64,000 nt of DNA, taken from Takakia lepidozioides. Lineage: Eukaryota > Plantae > Bryophyta. Below, piece by piece: positions 24,244 through 35,900 of this stretch. The position numbers were made by a program, and so were the translations under genes. The notes under the pieces are model-generated. The model saw nothing but the letters and a program-made list of their open reading frames with translations. It did no database searches and had not been told where the DNA came from. The stretch's first letter is position 1, and the number at the start of each line of letters is the position of its first letter. Where the stretch lies: NCBI GenBank assembly GCA_030704615.1, contig CM060731.1, positions 60,636,001-60,700,000 on the forward strand, written 5' to 3'.

Positions 24244-27200
24244 ATGGAGCCCAAAACAAGTTGCATGAATGTTGTTGAAAGCTCACTAGCACCCCTCAGT
24301 AAAGGACCTTGTCAAAATGTTGATGCTGTCGGATTTTCGAGCACAAACCTCTACCTTGGAGCACGGAGCAGAGCTGGCATGAGTTTTTTAAAGATCCTTC
24401 ACGATGGTGGGACAACCGCAGTCGCAACCGCAATCGCAAGGTGTGGCTTACTCTTTTAAGTACGATGTGAAGAAGTTTGTCCATCCTGCAAATGTGGGCT
24501 CTTGGCTCCTGTTAGTACCACGATTTGGTATTCTTCCTGATGTTTACAAGGTTCTTGGGAGAGTGAGCTTGGTCTTAGCAGGCCGTTTTTCGATCTCTGC
24601 CTGCTCAGCTGCACCGTGGTGGTTCTCACAGACCAATCCGACATTGTCTGACTACAGACACAAGCAGCACACACAAGAGGTCCTTTTGGGTTGATGGTTG
24701 GTCAAATCCTCCATGGGTCATGACACAAGGTCAAGGGCAATGTGGTGAGGGCACCTTCTTCTTCGACCTATTTCAGCCCGTTTTGCGCTCTCATCAGACT
24801 CGGCCCTGAATTTGCATATTGAATTATGGTGTCTGCATCCTTTCATTTGCCATATGTTGCAGTGGATCTGTGGTGGTTTGGAATGACTTTGACAAGTTAG
24901 TGCCGATGTGGCAGCAGGAAAGCATCCAAAAACAGATAACAGACATGAGGAGAAGCTTTGTAATGAACACTTTTCCGACCCCAGTCAATGGTGGGACGTT
25001 GGAGACAAAAAGGTGAATGCCTGTTGGAAGCAGAAGCAAGTCAGCATAGGAACTAGTGTGATAAGTATGGTTGGGGTGTTTGCTGGAAGAATTCTAGGCT
25101 GTCATTGTCAGTTGCTAGCAACAAAGCAAGGATGTATGCATGATTTGTGCAGAGGCATGGATAGCTGAAGGAGTAGGGATGGAGTGTGGGTCCAGATTGA
25201 TCCAAGAGGGCCGGATTTCAAGCTCCAGATTACCTATGACTCCCTGTGGAAGGATAGCTACAAGAAACCTGCATGGGTAGATGGTCAAGTGGAAGCCGCA
25301 GCAGCATCAGTACAATTGATAAAATCAGGCACTGCCCTTCCAACACGTTTCAACCCTGTTTTCCCTCTTATCAGAATTGGCCCTAAATTTTCATGTTGAA
25401 TTCTGCAAGTTAGCTGGTTGAGTGAACCTTAAATAGTTTGGAGTGACTTTGACATGATACTGCCAATGTGACAACAGGGAAGTATCCAGAAACAGGTAAC
25501 AGAGACGAGGAGAAGCTGTGGAAAGAATACTTTTCTGACCCCAGTCAATGGTGGGATAATCGAGGCAAAAAGGTGAATGCCTGGTTGATTACAGAGAGTA
25601 GCAGATGCAATTCAGCATAGGAAATAGTATGATAAGTTGAGTTGGGTGTTTCGTGGAACCAATCGAGGCTGTCATTGTCAGCTGCTAGCAGCAAGGCAAG
25701 GATGTATGCATCATTTGTGCAAGGCATGGATAGCTGAAGGAGCAGGGATAGAGTGTGGGTCCAGATTCATCCACGAGGGCCAGATTTCAAGCACAAGATA
25801 ACCTATGATTCCCTGTGGATCAATAGCTACAAGAAACCTGCATGGGTAGATGGTCAACTGGAAGCCGCAGCAGCAGCGGCACAATTGATAAAATCAGGCG
25901 CCGCTAATGAAGGCACCTTATTCAACACATATCACCCTGTTCTTCCCTCTTATCAGAACCGGCCCTAAATTTTCATGTTGAATTCTGCAAGTCAGCTGGT
26001 TGAGTGAACCTTTGATAGTTTGGAGTGACTTTGACATGATACTGCCAATGTGACAACAGGGAAGTATTCAGAAACAGGTAACAGAGACGAGGAGAAGCTG
26101 TGGAAAGAATACTTTTCTGACCTCAGTCAATGGTGGGACAATAGAGGCAAAAAGGTGAATGCCTGTTGGATTACAGAGAGTAGCAGAGGCAGTGAGCATA
26201 GGAACTAGTGTGATAAGTTGAGTTGGGTGTTTCCTAGAACAAATCTAGGCCGTCATTGTCAGCTGCTAGCAGCAAGGCAAGGATGTATGCATGATTTGTG
26301 CAGGGGCATGGATAGCTGAAGGAGCAGGGATGGAGTGTGGGTCCAGATTGATCCAAGAGGGCCAGATTTCAAGCACAAGATTACCTATGATTCCCTGTGG
26401 ATCAATAGCTACAAGAAACCTGCATGGGTAGATGGTCAACTGGAAGCCGCAGCAGCAGCGGCACAATTGATAAAATCAGACACTGCTAATGAAGGCACCT
26501 TCTTCAACACATTTCACCCTGTTTTTCCCTCTTATCAGAACTGGTCCTAAATTTCCATGTTGAATTCTGCAAGTTAGCTGGTGAAGTGAATCTAGTTTGG
26601 AGTGACTTTGACATGAGACTGCCACTGTGACAACAGGAAAGTATCGAAAAGAAGGTAACAGAGATGAGGAGAAGCTGTGGGATGAATACTTTTCTGACCC
26701 CAGTCAATGGTGGGACAATCGAGGCAAAAAGGTGAATTCCTGTTGGATTACAGAGAGTAGCAGACGCAGTGAGCATAGGAACTAGTGTGATAAGCTGAGT
26801 TGGGTGTTTCCTAGAAAAAATCTAGGCCGTCATTGTCAGCTGCTAGCAGCAAGGCAAGGATGTATGCATGATTTGTGCAGGGGCATGGATAGCTGAAGGA
26901 GCAGGGATGGAGTGTGGGTCCAGATTGATCCAAGAGGACCAGATTTCAAGCACAAGATTACCTATGATTCCCTGTGGATCAATAGCTACAAGAAACCTGC
27001 ATGGGTAGATGGTCAACTAAAGGCAGCAGCTGCAGCGACACAGTTGATAAAATCAGGCACCTCAACCATGACCACAGCTTCTGGAAGAGGATCAAGAGAG
27101 GGAGTCCACAATGCCTCTTCTGGCACTTCTGGGCATGTGCAGATGCTTTGTGAGGCAGGCAGACTGAAAGAGGCTCTACAGACTTTAAACCAAGGAGGCA

Positions 27201-30151
27201 TTTCAGCAGATTCAGAAATCTATGTGTGTCTCTTGCATAAGTGCATCAAGGTGAAAGGCCTGGAAGCTGGAAAGCAGGTGCACACTCACATTATCCAAAG
27301 TGGATTCACGCCGAATGTTTTTCTCCTCAACACCCTTGTCAACATGTATGTTAAGTGCGGGAGCATCATGGATGCTCACCAAGTGTTCAACAGAATGCCT
27401 CAACGATCTTTGATCACGTGGAATATAATGTTGGCAGGACTTACCAAGCATGGGTGTGGTAGGAATGCTTTGGAGACGTATGAGCAAATGATGGGGGAAG
27501 GGGTGAAGCCCAACCACATCACGTTTGTGTGCGTTTGCAGTGCGTGTGCAAGCCTGGCAGCCCTGGAAAAGGGCAAAGAGGTGCATGGTGACATCGTCAG
27601 AGCTGGAATTGTACCAGATGTGATCCTGAACACTGCCCTGGTGGACATGTATGCCAAATGTGGGAGCATCGAGGATGCAAAGGGAGTGTTCAACAGTATG
27701 GCTGAACGAAATGTGGTGTCATGGAATGCGATGCTTGCAGGGTATGCACAGCAGGGGCGCGGGATGAAGGCTTTGGAGACGTATGAGCAAATGATGGGGG
27801 AAGGGGTGAAGCCCAACCAAATTACGTTTGTGTGCGTTTGCAGTGCATGTGCAAGCCTGGCAGCCCTGGAAAAGGGCAAAGAGGTGCATGGCGACATCGT
27901 CAGAGCTGGAATTGTACCAGATGTGATCCTGAACACTACCCTCGTGGACATGTATGCCAAATGTGGGAGCATCGAGGATGCAAAGGGAGTGTTCAACAAT
28001 ATGGCTGAACGAAATGTGGTGTCGTGGAATGCGATGCTTGCAGGGTATGCAAAGCAGGGGCGCGGGATGGAGGCTTTGGAGACGTATGAGCAAATGATGG
28101 GGGAAGGGGTGAAGCCCGACCACATCACGTTTGTGGGCGTTTGCAGTGCGTGTGCAAGCCTGGCAGCCCTGGAAAAGGGCAAAGAGGTGCATGGCGACAT
28201 CGTCAGAGCTGGAATTGTACCAGATGTGATCCTGAACACTGCCCTGGTGGACATGTATGCCAAATGTGGGAGCATCGAGGATGCAAAGGGAGTGTTCAAC
28301 AATATGGCTGAACGAAATGTGGTGTCGTGGAGTGCGATGCTTGCAGGGTATGCACAGCAGGGGCGCGGGATGGAGGCTTTGGAGACGTATGAGCAAATGA
28401 TGGGGGAAGGGGTGAAGCCCGACCACATCACATTTGTGTGCGTTTGCAGTGCGTGTGCAAGCCTGGCAGCCCTGGAAAAGGGCAAAGAGGTGCATGGCGA
28501 CATCGTCAGAGCTGGAATTGTACCAGATGTGATCCTGAACACTGCCCTGGTGGACATGTATGCAAAATGTGGGAGCATCGAGGATGCAAAGGGAGTGTTC
28601 AACAGTATGGCTGAACGAGATGTGGTGTCATGGAATGCGATGATTGCGGGGTATGCACAGCATGGGCGCGGGATGGAGGCTTTGGAGACGTATGAGCAAA
28701 TGATGGGGGAAGGGGTGAATCCCGACCACATCACGTTTGTGTGCGTTTGCAGTGCGTGTGCAATCCTGGCAGCCCTGGAAAAGGGCAAAGAGGTGCATGG
28801 CGACATCGTCAGAGCTGGAATTGTACCAGATGTGATCCTGAACAATACCCTCGTGGACATGTATGCCAAATGTGGGAGCATCGAGGATGCAAATGGAGTG
28901 TTCCACAATATGGCTGAACGAGATGTGGTGTCGTGGAACGCGATGATTGCAGGGTATGCACAGCAGGGCCGCGGGATGGAGGCTTTGGAGACGTATGAGC
29001 AAATGATGGGGGAAGGGGTGAAGCCCGACCACATCACATTTGTGTGCATTTGCAGTGCGTGTGCAAGCCTTGCAGCCCTGGAAAAGGGCAAAGAGGTGCA
29101 TGGTTGCATCGCCAAAGCTGGAATTGTACCAGATGTGATTCTGAACAATACCCTCGTGGACATGTATGCCAAATGTGGGTGCATTGAGGATGCAAAGGGA
29201 GTGTTCCACAATATGGCTGAACGAGATGTGGTGTCATGGAACGTGATGATTGCAGGATATGCACAGCATGGTTGTCATAGGGAGGTCGTGCAACTATTTG
29301 AAGGAATGCAAAAGAACGGCTTGAAGCCGGACAGTATCACCTATATATGTGTTCTCTCTGCATGCAGCCACGTTGGCCTACTGAATGAAGGAAGACGCTA
29401 CTTTGATTCCCTCAGTCAAGATCATGGTGTCACTCCGACAGTAAAGCACTTTGGCTGCATGGTGGACCTTCTTGGACGTGCGGGACAACTGGATGAGGCA
29501 GTGGACCTGATTAATAAAATGCCCATGAATCCAGATGCTGTGGTGTGGAAGGCCTTGCTTGGTGCCTGCAGAATCCATGGCAATGTGGAGATGGCTGAAC
29601 GTGCAGCAACATCTATCCTCACATGGGATGAACAGGATGCCGCGACTTATGTGTTGCTCTCAAACATCTATGCTGCAGCTGGCAGGTGGGATGATACTGC
29701 AAAGGTGAGAAGAATGATGAAGGTCAGAGGGGTTAGAAAGGAGCCAGGTCGCTGCTGCATTGAGGTGGGCAACAGGGTGCACACCTTCGTTGTAGATGAC
29801 AAGTTGCATCCCAGAATTAAGGAAATCCATGCTGAGCTGAGAAGATTGTCTGGGCAGATGAAGGAGGCGGGGTATGTGCCTGACATGCGCTTTGTATTGC
29901 ATGATGTGGGGGAGGAGGAAAAGGAATTTTCTCTTTGCCACCACAGTGAGAAGCTGGCCATTGGTTTCGGGCTGATCAGCACGACCCCTAGGACGCCTCT
30001 CCGTCTCATCAAGAATCTTCGAGTGTGTGGTGACTGCCACACCTCCACCAAATTCATCTCAAAGATTGTTGGCCGAACAATTGTTGTACGGGATGCTAAC
30101 CGCTTTCACCACTTTAAAGATGGGATTTGTTCTTGTGGGGATTACTGGTGA
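24244..30151 (+). CDS. PLS-class PPR-E1-E2-DYW with four tandem OSB-type PDF motifs, copy 2, roughly 1,440 aa if spliced as predicted. Exons 24244-24440, 24632-~24729/24744, 24918-25012, 25196-~25328, 25478-25572, 25765-~25900, 26060-26154, 26347-~26494, 26637-26731, 26924-30151.
   Basis: The last exon has the same length and architecture as copy 1 (23 PPRs, HSEKLA, CGDCH, DYW). All four A exons are 95 nt, stop-free and phase-compatible with the B exons. Spliced unit 4 reads EEKLWDEYFSDPSQWWDNRGKK|IDPRGPDFKHKITYDSLWINSYKKPAWVDGQL. Exon-B donor positions are uncertain. Confidence 0.87.
24918..27060 (+). repeat. Four tandem ~570-580-bp PDF-motif cassettes
   Basis: Exon-B starts at 25196, 25765, 26347 and 26924. 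Confidence 0.92.
27460..29270 (+). repeat. Intragenic tandem array of near-identical 303-nt P-L-S triplets (copy 2)
   Basis: Same repeat unit as 3700-5510, offset by 23760 bp. Confidence 0.95.
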
Positions 30152-32911
30152 AAGGATGTTTTCTTGGAAAGATGCAAGTTCTTGCTTGATTCAGTGATCT
30201 GTGTAGCTACTCAGATTATCCACCATTTCCTGAGAGTATTGACCATGATGTACTGTTGAGTCCATTTCTGTACTGTTGAGTCATAGCGGATTGGTCATAG
30301 ATGCCTGTTCGGTCATAGGCCAACTTATCCTAGTGGTTTGGATGGAAGGCTAGTGATGAATTGATAATCCCCAGAGTTCTTGACGTTGATCTTATGAGGT
30401 AAAATTCGGGGGCTCTACTCTTCCCACCACGAGAACTAAACAGGGCCACTCACCTCGTCAGTCCAATGCGACCGCATCATGCCGCTGCAGCGGAAGAGAA
30501 AACGACATGGGCGGCCACACCCGACTTTCACTTAAGACATGCTTCATCCCCTAATTGACTCCCTGCTCATTTGTGCATGATTGTGTGAGATACCATCCCG
30601 TGTAGGCCACGCGTCCAAGCACCTGGACTTTGCCATCCCTCACTGAGCTACATGTACACCATGTTCAACGATGTTGATTTCATCAAAGCTTCCCTAGATT
30701 TCCCTAAATTTCACCTTAGTGGTTGATTTCAATTGTGTTCTAAACTAGTGTGTCATGCACTCTCAAGGCCGTCATTTCTTAGCTATTTCTACATATTCAG
30801 TATTCTGAGATCTGTCTGAACCTTGCTCACAACTTACAGCGTTCATGCTATGCAATGACTACGCAAAGACAGGTGACACCGTGTACAAATCTACTGTTTC
30901 CACTTCTCTCATTGCTTCATAATATATGGAGTTCATACAACCCATGATTTCACTCCGGTGGCTAAGTGACCAATCCCGTGACTGATTCTCTCACACAATC
31001 CACGGTATTTACTGCTCTACATCTCCATGTTGCCTTCTCTTGGTGTACAATCTGTTTTAAAACAGTCTCGGCGGCGCCACCTCGGTTGGCCTAACTACCC
31101 TTCTTTCTATCATCTACAATGCTTCAGTCACCTTTAGCGTATAAGAACCATCAACTATTTTGACCACGAACTTGCAGTTTTATCCGTAAGGGGCTAGATT
31201 CATCTCAGCCAGCTATTCTATTAATTAATACATCTATGGTTCATGTTTTGTACAGGTCCGTAATACATAGGAATGTACGAATGTACGGTTCCTGATTAAT
31301 AACTGCTTAGCTAAAACGATCATTGAGATCTGGGGGCTCTTCTATACATGATTCTTCATCAAAATACTGTGGATTCCGCTTCACGTAGTCATGAAAAAAA
31401 ATATCCTTCACTATTTCCATGGTGGTTTCTTTTGGCATCAACATTGTCCGCCATAAAGCTTCACACTTGCCCAAATTCAAACCCTTCCGCAAAAACGTAC
31501 GCGATGCATAAAATTTTGTCGATTTTATGCATCGCTAACATGCAGCCTGAGAATGTACATGTTAATTGCTTCCCATATCGTTGGTGAAAATGATAGATGA
31601 AGGCACTTTCGAAAATATTTGATGGTGTAAAACACACACGGTTTTTGAGCTCTGCACTACCAACTAGTGCGAACATTCTTTCCCCTCTTCCATAGAGGTT
31701 GGGTAGCGGCTGGCAGTCCCGATTTTTTATTTTGAATATTTAATTGTTAGGTATATCAGCCAGCGCTAGCCTTCCAATTTTGTAATTAGGGTGGAACCAT
31801 TACGCAACTAGTCGTTTGTTTTACTCAACATGTAGGGCTTCCCCGGAAAGTGTTGAATTGTACTTTGTTGAACTTGTACCTTCGCTTCACTTGGAGCCAC
31901 TATTCTGGTCTCCTTCCTACCGGAAGGCAGTAGCCCTTTGGCATCAAAAGACGCCATAATTTACAGAGGCTCCTTCGGGAGGTGTCATATATATATATTT
32001 CGATCGTTTGCATATGACTATTCAATTTTTTTGAATTATTCAATTGAATAGGTATCCAATACGTAATCACTTGTAGAAATTAACAGAATAGTAGCAAATT
32101 AAAAGTCCATCCAATAATTTCAAATGAAATATGTTAAATGACTGAGGCAACTCACCCTTCGTCTGTCTCATTCAGTGTGTTTTTTGGGCGAAAAATCGCC
32201 AAATGGCGACCTCAAAAAATTAAAATGGAATATTCTGTCGTCAATTCCCAATTTTTTCATGGATGAAATCGCCAAACTTCTAGAAAGAAATAATAATAAT
32301 GGATGAATTTTCCAAATATGGATGAATTTTCCAAATATGGATGATATAAATGGATGCAAGTACTTAAGAGGATGATTCTATCCAAATTTCAGTGGATGAC
32401 CAGAACATATAGCTATTTCTTGTAAAACTTAATAACCACTCGTGCTATTTTTCAAATTTAAAAAAATCACTGGTCTCATTCCTTCAGAAAAATATAAAAA
32501 TAATATTAAAGCAAAACAAATGGTCGTAGTTTCGATAACGAGACTCCGATAAGCTGTCGAGTTTTTGCAAACGAAAACGGAACTGAGTCGGTCATTGACC
32601 TATGTTGTTGTGTAGCATCCCTTTCTGTGATGAGAGCACCCGTTGATGCGAGGTGCTGTCAGCCCGCATTGCCATGGTTTGGGAAGGTACAAGCCACCTA
32701 CACTGTTGTCGGTTGCTGTCGTCCAAACTGTCTAGCACGAATCCGTTGAAGAGAGGGTGAATTCTGAACTTGTTTTTGAACTGGTGAGCAAGGAAGAAAG
32801 GCAACTGTTGCATTGGCTGCTGTTGCATTGGCAAGACTGTCTTCTTGAGCACGCAGATAGTTGTGAAATAAAGACTTGGACAGTTCAGACAGAGGCAAGT
32901 CTTGGGAGGCA

Positions 32912-35900
32912 ATGGAGAGGGAGGAGAGGGATGATTCACCAGATTGGCTTCATCAATACCAGGTTTATCATTCTGCCCGTATATCATTCTTTATACATGC
33001 CGTGTTGCAGGATCTTGCATCTGTTGTATGGTTTCTCCATTCTTGTTTCGGACCTAGTTTTAAATACATTCTTTATATTTCTCAGGGCCCATCGAAAACG
33101 TTTCTGGGATCAGATTCTTCTCCTTCCAGTTCTCCTTCAAGAAGCAAAAGAGGCGGACATTTACAACGTAAAGGATTACAAAAACAGGACCATGGTGTAG
33201 AAGCCAGCTCCTTGTATAATAAGTCGGACGATGCTGAGAATACTTTGCAAATAATATCATTGGATGACACTGACGAAGATATCCCTGAGAACCGGCTCAG
33301 AGCTCGTGGCAATGACAAAGAGGTCGCAAGTTCCCCAGAAGCATCTGGGAAAGGAATGCTGACATCAGCGAAGGCAAGAAAGTCCCTTGCTGCTCGCGGC
33401 AGCATTCACATGAATGCTGACGAGGATGAGAAGTTGGCAGCTGTAAAAGCCGTCCACTCAAAAAAGAAACGGCTGCGAGCAAATGTTTTGGAAAGTGATG
33501 ACGATGAGATGGAACCCATCGAAAGCAAGAGAAAATGCTCGAAGGTGACTGAAATTGAGGGAAATCCAGCCAAAAGAGTTGCAAAGGGGGAGCCACAAAA
33601 GGATGAGGTCGATGATACAGATTCAGAACCCTTGCTTGGGCTTTTGAATGGGGGTGGAGAAACTCTGTCAAATCCCAGTGGCAGTGATGGAAGCAAGCAA
33701 GTGGGAAAGAAGAAGGCACAAGGAGCTGCAGCACTTCCAGCATTGGCAGAAGATATAGCATCTCTCTCGCAAGATGTTGCCAGTCAAAGTCAACAAGGTG
33801 TGGGGCAAGATGAAACAGGGGAAGCACAAGAACGGAGGGTGAAGCCCCGGGTGAGTGTGCTTGTTATGTTAATTCCCATTTCTGCTCTGTCCATCCTGGA
33901 CTTGATGTCACCCTTCCCTTCTTTCTATCTCCATTTTGTCTCTGCATCCTGCTGGGTCGCACGGTGTGATAGACAGGGGACTCATTCACGTGTCGCATTT
34001 GTGCTAACCACAGAGAGGCTACTTTCTGCCCTTTTATGTATGCAGTGTGTCTGGAAGTTCAACCACCAGGTGTCACATCAGTGTCCAGGTAGAGGGCTAC
34101 AGTGGCAGTGCTGAGTCCTGATATAGGTAATAACGTCATGCTTTCTAGTGATGACAATGCCAGTGCTTACAGCAATACAATCTCTCCAGGTTACGTTATT
34201 ACTGATGGAAATTTGCGAGTGACTTGGTGTCCCATGGGAACTATGACCTCAGGATTACATCATGGCCACCTTTTACAATGAATTGTGAAGGACTGATTTT
34301 GTCTGTCTGAATGGCGTTGAGTTTGAATGTGAAGAGTTGATATAATTTTTTCCCGTTTGCCCACGGTAGGAAGCTTTAAGAAAGGGATGACACAGTGACT
34401 AAGGTTTTTTGTGCCTACTACTTTTTTATGCAGGTGGCTTCCACTCTGCCTTTGGTATTTGCTGAAAAAATCCATAAGTCAAAGGTACTTCCCCACCTCT
34501 TATGGACTTCTGGCTAAACAGCATTGTGCCTCTGACAGTCTAGTATTGTCGTGAAACAAAGGATATCATAGTACAATCTCAAATTTGTGTATTTCAGTTG
34601 AGGTGTTCTTTGTGCTCTCCTGCAGGGTTTGCGATGATTCCTACAGCCGAAAGGATAGAGGGCCGAGTTAGAATAATCTCAGAAAGCCTGTAGTTTCTGG
34701 CTTGCATTGCCAATTCTTGGTGTCGCAAGGGGGTGATGAGCTGTGGATACTGTGTGTGACTAGGTGCTGGTGGAGTGTGAGGGAGATGCGCTTGATTTGA
34801 GTGGAGACATGGGTGCAGTGGGGCGCTTTTCTGTGTCTGCAGGTCAGGCCAAGAGTGAGAATGGGCTTTTACTTGATTTGAAAGGTAACAAAGCATGCAC
34901 TCTTAGTCTCGAACTATGTTGTGTTGAGGACAGTTTGAAAACTGGCTCTTAAGCTGGATGTTGTGCGTGGCTTTCTAGTGCAGGGCATGTGGTAGTGGAA
35001 TGTAATGTACTCATGAGACGTTGTGTGCCGTAGCATTGTAGCCATTGACCCCGTGCCCAGTTTGAGCGGAACACAAAGGGACAGCCTACCTTTGTCAAGG
35101 GGTGACGCCGGTAGTAAGACTTACCTTGGAATACACAATTGATCTGGGTCCTCTGGATATCCTCTAGAAATCCTTTAACACAAGCATCAACCTGCTGTGT
35201 GTGGTTTGCCCAATAACTAGGCCCCAAAAGGGCCTGGCCTTTTGGCTCAGCCTCGAGACTTTCAAAGTTGGTAAACAGAGGTACAGGCACAATTCCCTTG
35301 ATAGATTTGAAGAGAGCGCCTCTCCGGTGAGAGAACTCCGGACAATGAATCAGAAATTGAATATTATCTACAGGTTGCCCACACAACGACAATTGCACTC
35401 TCCCTTTCCTCTCTGCTTCTGTTTGCTGTTCGAAGGTAGGCTTCCCGGCCTGAGTTTAAATTTCAGTCGAGTGCCGAGTGTGGTAGTGGAATGACCAAGA
35501 CCAGGCTTGTCATGTTCTGGAGGGACTTGTTTCAGTCTCACTGCATTCTCATTTACTTCAGAGCATTGAGAACAGTTGAGTTAAGTAGCTACAATGTGAT
35601 TTGTTGTGCAGGTGTCATCTACAAAACAACAATTGTGCCCTCTAATACATTCTTTGTGGTAAGTGTTGCTTCCAGCGTCTTGTTTAAGCAATGTTCCTTA
35701 GTTTTGGTTCTGCCTTGTTTATCTGGATGCATGCAAGCATCATGCTTTCTAGTTTTCTTTCTACCTCTATCCTCTGGAGCTTCCAAATTTATTTTATGTG
35801 CGAGAGCGATGGGAGGACAAGTGGCAATGTGTGAAAGAAGGATTGGTGGGTGGCAGGTGAATGTGGGCCAAGCAGAAGCAAAGGTGGGTGGGGGATACTC

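Noticed and set aside
24918-27060. Regularly spaced repeats as a CRISPR-like array
   Set aside because: The whole ~580-bp unit is repeated with no unique spacers. These are coding exon-intron cassettes in a eukaryote.
27400-29211. 603-aa minus-strand ORF and similar antisense ORFs over both PPR arrays
   Set aside because: Shadow frames: a stop-free antisense frame in one 303-nt unit is multiplied by the tandem repeat, and it is broken at different places in copy 1.
32876-34114. 412-aa ORF as a standalone gene
   Set aside because: It is BIN4 exons 1-2 read through stop-free intron sequence.
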